From Bacteroidia bacterium (GTDB lineage: Bacteria; Bacteroidota; Bacteroidia; AKYH767-A; OLB10), in assembly GCA_038206385.1 (NCBI GenBank), contig JBBRAW010000001.1:3143-67142 (forward strand): a stretch of 64,000 bases of DNA, written 5' to 3'. Of this stretch, positions 60,963-64,000 are shown piece after piece; the stretch's first letter is position 1, and each line of letters starts with the position of its first letter. The translations under genes and the position numbers were made by a program. The notes under the pieces are model-generated. The model did not search any database. It had not been told where the DNA came from and worked only from the letters and a program-made list of their open reading frames with translations.

Positions 60963-61550
60963 ATGTATGATTATTTTCAGGGAAATATCGCAAGTTTAAG
61001 TCCGACACAGGTTACTATTGATTGTCAAGGAGTGGGTTATCATTTACAGATTTCACTCTACACTTTTGCAGCCATCAAGGAGAAAAAGCAGGTTCGCCTC
61101 TACGCACATTTAGCTGTTCGTGAAGATGCACATCTATTATTTGGCTTTGTTGATGAGGATGAACGCTTTATGTTTAGAGAATTGTTGAATGTTTCTGGCG
61201 TAGGAGCAACCACTGCCCGAATAATTTTATCATCTTTAAATCCGACAGAAGTAAGAAATGTAATTGCCGTAGCAGATATCGCAACACTCCAACGTGTAAA
61301 AGGAATAGGAGCTAAAACTGCACAAAGAATTGTGGTAGATCTTCAAGATCGTATGAAAAAAGGAGTAACAGCACCCATCACATTAGCTGCTGGAATACAC
61401 AATACAGCACGTGAAGAAGCGTTAAGTGCACTATTAACTTTAGGATTTGCAAGAGCGAATGCCGATAAAGCCGTTCAACAAGCTTTAAAGAACTCTAATC
61501 CCGATTCCAACGTAGAAGATCTACTTAAAGTAGCGCTCTCTTACTTGTAA
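60963..61550 (+). CDS. ruvA: Holliday junction branch-migration protein RuvA
   Basis: MYDYFQGNIASLSPTQVTIDCQGVGYHLQIS (OB domain I), tandem HhH motifs (LLNVSGVGATTARIIL, LQRVKGIGAKTAQRIV) and C-terminal domain III. Start at the second in-frame Met (60963) fits RuvA length better than 60921. Confidence 0.8.
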   Translation: MYDYFQGNIASLSPTQVTIDCQGVGYHLQISLYTFAAIKEKKQVRLYAHLAVREDAHLLFGFVDEDERFMFRELLNVSGVGATTARIILSSLNPTEVRNVIAVADIATLQRVKGIGAKTAQRIVVDLQDRMKKGVTAPITLAAGIHNTAREEALSALLTLGFARANADKAVQQALKNSNPDSNVEDLLKVALSYL

Positions 61551-61668
61551 TCAGTAAAATAAAAGAATAATCATTACCTCGAAAGGACGCTTCTAATCTA
61601 GCCTCCCTTTGATGGTTTTGTCTTATTTTTATCCCCTTATAAATAATTTCAAACCGAACCATAACCCT

Positions 61669-64000
61669 TTGAAACATTTCCGATCATATACCCTTCTTGC
61701 CTTAGGTATATTCTCGCTTATCACTATGGTGTGGGCGTCCGGACCAGGTCCTGTTCCTACTTCTGATTTGTCTTTTCGTCCTTACGAATCCGATGGTGAT
61801 ACTAGCAAGAGAGATACAGGTCAACTCCATTATCCCTTTCCTGATACGTATACCGATCCTTATAATTCAAGAAATCCAGATCGCCCGCTTTACCTCAGTA
61901 ATCCCAGCAATATCAAAACGACGATCGAATACAATCCCGATGAACGTCAATATGAAATTGAGCAGAAAATAGGTAAAGAGTTTTTTAGGAATCCAAGCTA
62001 CATGACTTTTGAAGAGTACAAAGAATCACAATTCAAAAAGAGCACGCTTGACTATTGGAAACAAAAATCAAACGAAGAAAATATTACGCAGCGCAAAAAT
62101 GGATTCTCGCCTAAACTTTATGTTGGTGGTGAAGCTTTCAATAGAATTTTCGGTGGTAACACTATTGATATTCGTCCGCAAGGATCTGCATCGCTAAGCT
62201 TCGGATTAAACTTTAGCAAATACGATAACCCTACGCTTCCTGAAAAACAACGTAAGAATACGACGTTCGATTTCAAAGAAAAAATTCAGATGAATGTGAT
62301 TGGTAATATCGGCGAAAAGCTGAAACTTACTACCAATTATAATACAGAAGCTAGTTTCGATTTCGAGAACCAAATTAAATTAGAATATACCGGTTACGAA
62401 GATGAAATCATCCAAAAAATAGAAGCAGGAAATGTGAGCTTGCCATTAAACACCACATTGATTCAAGGTAGTCAGAGTTTATTTGGATTGAAGACACAAT
62501 TAAAATTCGGACGATTAACAGTAACGAGTTTACTCTCTCAACAGAAAGGAAAAAATTCCAACATCGAAGTAAAGGGCGGAGCAACAACAACAAATTTTGA
62601 TATCTCAGCAGATCAGTATGAAGCAAATAAACATTTCTTTATTGCAGATTATTTTAAGAATAATTATGATAATGCATTAAAAGATATTCCGTTTATTAAT
62701 TCAGCAGTTAACATTACCAAGATTGAAGTTTGGATTACAAATAAAAATAATAGTACTGATAATACAAGAAGCATTTTAGCATTTTCAGATATTGGTGAGC
62801 CCAACTTTTTTAATACTACAGTTCCTACTTTAATTTCTATAAATCTAGATCCAAAATACACAACGTATCCGAATGATTCTGCAAATACTTTATACAGCAA
62901 TTTAAATGCGAATCCATTATTACGTGATGTAAATACAGTACAAAATACCATTACTTCTATTCTTGGTATTAGTCCTTCACGTGATTATGAAGTGGTACAA
63001 AATTCACGAAGATTAAATCCAACGGAATATACATTCAACTCCCGACTAGGATATGTTTCGCTTAATCAAGCATTGAATAGTAACGAAGTTTTAGCGGTTG
63101 CTTATGAATACACTGTAGGAAATAGTGTTTTTCGTGTTGGAGATCTTACCACATCAGGAATTGAACCTCCAAAAGTTCTTTACATGAAACTTTTAAAAGG
63201 TCGTGTTACGAATCCGAAACTTCCTACATGGGATTTGATGATGAAAAACATTTATGCATTAGGTGGATTTCAAATCGATAAAAAAGATTTTAAATTAAGT
63301 ATTCTTTATTATAAAGTTGATACAACAGCAAATCGTGTAAACTATTTACCGGTTCCAAGTACAGAAACGCAAGTTTATGGAATTCCATTAATCCGACTTT
63401 TCAATCTTGATAAACTGAATTCAAATAATGATGCGCGCCCAGATGGTGAATATGATTTTATTGAAGGTGTGACTATCAACAGTGCAAATGGTAGAATTAT
63501 TTTTCCTGTACGAGAACCTTTCAGTAGTTATCTTCGAGGTAAATTATCTCCCGCACAAGGTGATATTTTTGCTTATGATGTGTTATATGATTCAACAAAA
63601 ACTGTTGCATTACAAAGTCCGGAGAAAAATAAATTTAGTTTTAAAGGAAGTTATAGCAGTAAATTTGGTTCTGATATTCCATTGAATGCCATCAATATTC
63701 CTGAAGGATCAGTAAAGGTTACAGCAGGAGGTGTTCCTCTCGTTGAAAACGTACAATATACAGTAGATTATAATTTAGGTCGCGTAAAAATTATTGATCA
63801 AGGATTATTAAATTCTGGTACTGCAATAAATATTTCGCTTGAAAGTAATTCACTTTTCAGCATCCAATCCAAAACATTATTCGGTAGTCGATTTGATTAC
63901 GTTGTGAATAAAGATCTTGTTTTAGGTGGTACAATTATGCGATTGAATGAACGTCCGATTACACAGAAAGTAAATATTGGTGACGAGCCAATTGCGAATA
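61669..64000 (+). CDS. sprA: T9SS/gliding-motility outer-membrane protein SprA (Sov-like), N-terminal ~775 codons; continues beyond the window
   Basis: Open frame from 61612 to the window end, absent from the ORF track. A TTG at 61669 gives a good signal peptide, MKHFRSYTLLALGIFSLITMVWA; the first ATG (61726) would lack one. The sequence (…GYEDEIIQKIEAGNVSLPLNTTLIQGSQSLFGLKTQLKFGRLTVTSLLSQQKGK…) and the position directly after ruvA match SprA as I recall it from Flavobacteriia. Assignment from memory only. Confidence 0.55.
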   Translation, partial: MKHFRSYTLLALGIFSLITMVWASGPGPVPTSDLSFRPYESDGDTSKRDTGQLHYPFPDTYTDPYNSRNPDRPLYLSNPSNIKTTIEYNPDERQYEIEQKIGKEFFRNPSYMTFEEYKESQFKKSTLDYWKQKSNEENITQRKNGFSPKLYVGGEAFNRIFGGNTIDIRPQGSASLSFGLNFSKYDNPTLPEKQRKNTTFDFKEKIQMNVIGNIGEKLKLTTNYNTEASFDFENQIKLEYTGYEDEIIQKIEAGNVSLPLNTTLIQGSQSLFGLKTQLKFGRLTVTSLLSQQKGKNSNIEVKGGATTTNFDISADQYEANKHFFIADYFKNNYDNALKDIPFINSAVNITKIEVWITNKNNSTDNTRSILAFSDIGEPNFFNTTVPTLISINLDPKYTTYPNDSANTLYSNLNANPLLRDVNTVQNTITSILGISPSRDYEVVQNSRRLNPTEYTFNSRLGYVSLNQALNSNEVLAVAYEYTVGNSVFRVGDLTTSGIEPPKVLYMKLLKGRVTNPKLPTWDLMMKNIYALGGFQIDKKDFKLSILYYKVDTTANRVNYLPVPSTETQVYGIPLIRLFNLDKLNSNNDARPDGEYDFIEGVTINSANGRIIFPVREPFSSYLRGKLSPAQGDIFAYDVLYDSTKTVALQSPEKNKFSFKGSYSSKFGSDIPLNAINIPEGSVKVTAGGVPLVENVQYTVDYNLGRVKIIDQGLLNSGTAINISLESNSLFSIQSKTLFGSRFDYVVNKDLVLGGTIMRLNERPITQKVNIGDEPIAN

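Noticed and set aside
1-64000. tRNA, rRNA and riboswitch scan
   Set aside because: No T-arm or anticodon-arm patterns, no conserved riboswitch cores and no rRNA-like segments were recognised by eye. Absence is not proven without tRNAscan/Infernal.

Overview
AT-rich chromosomal segment from a Bacteroidota (Bacteroidetes) genome. This is supported by many secreted proteins with type IX secretion C-terminal sorting domains, a partial sprA-like gene next to ruvA, and SprB repeats. About 50 protein-coding genes can be supported; I found no tRNA, rRNA or CRISPR.

Gene content:
- Housekeeping genes: kbl (partial), dprA, proC, kynA, hflX, aspS, ruvA, comF-like and ridA-like.
- Transport and proteases: a TonB-dependent receptor, a TonB-family protein, two ABC systems, and two M1 aminopeptidases (one with a T9SS C-terminal domain).
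- mprF-virJ/acvB operon (lysyl-phosphatidylglycerol synthase plus putative hydrolase).
- Paired amidohydrolases.
- A 10-kb block of six co-directional T9SS-cargo or adhesin-like genes (11.4-22.1 kb), including BNR/Ycf48-like beta-propeller paralogs.

Accessory features of most interest:
1. A SprB-repeat gene whose C-terminal tail-fibre-like domain is split off by a single in-frame TAG.
2. A ~2.3-kb segment bracketed by 48-bp direct repeats that carries a T9SS cargo gene and a RES-Xre toxin-antitoxin pair.
3. Immediately next to it, a ~620-bp array of 105-117-bp tandem repeats in a 1-kb non-coding gap.
4. An IS200-like Y1 (HUH) transposase without tnpB, abutting a ~390-bp cluster of two families of palindromic REP-like units (RAYT/REP arrangement).

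Several rho-independent terminators and short tandem repeats are also annotated. All calls are made by eye from motifs; no database search was run.
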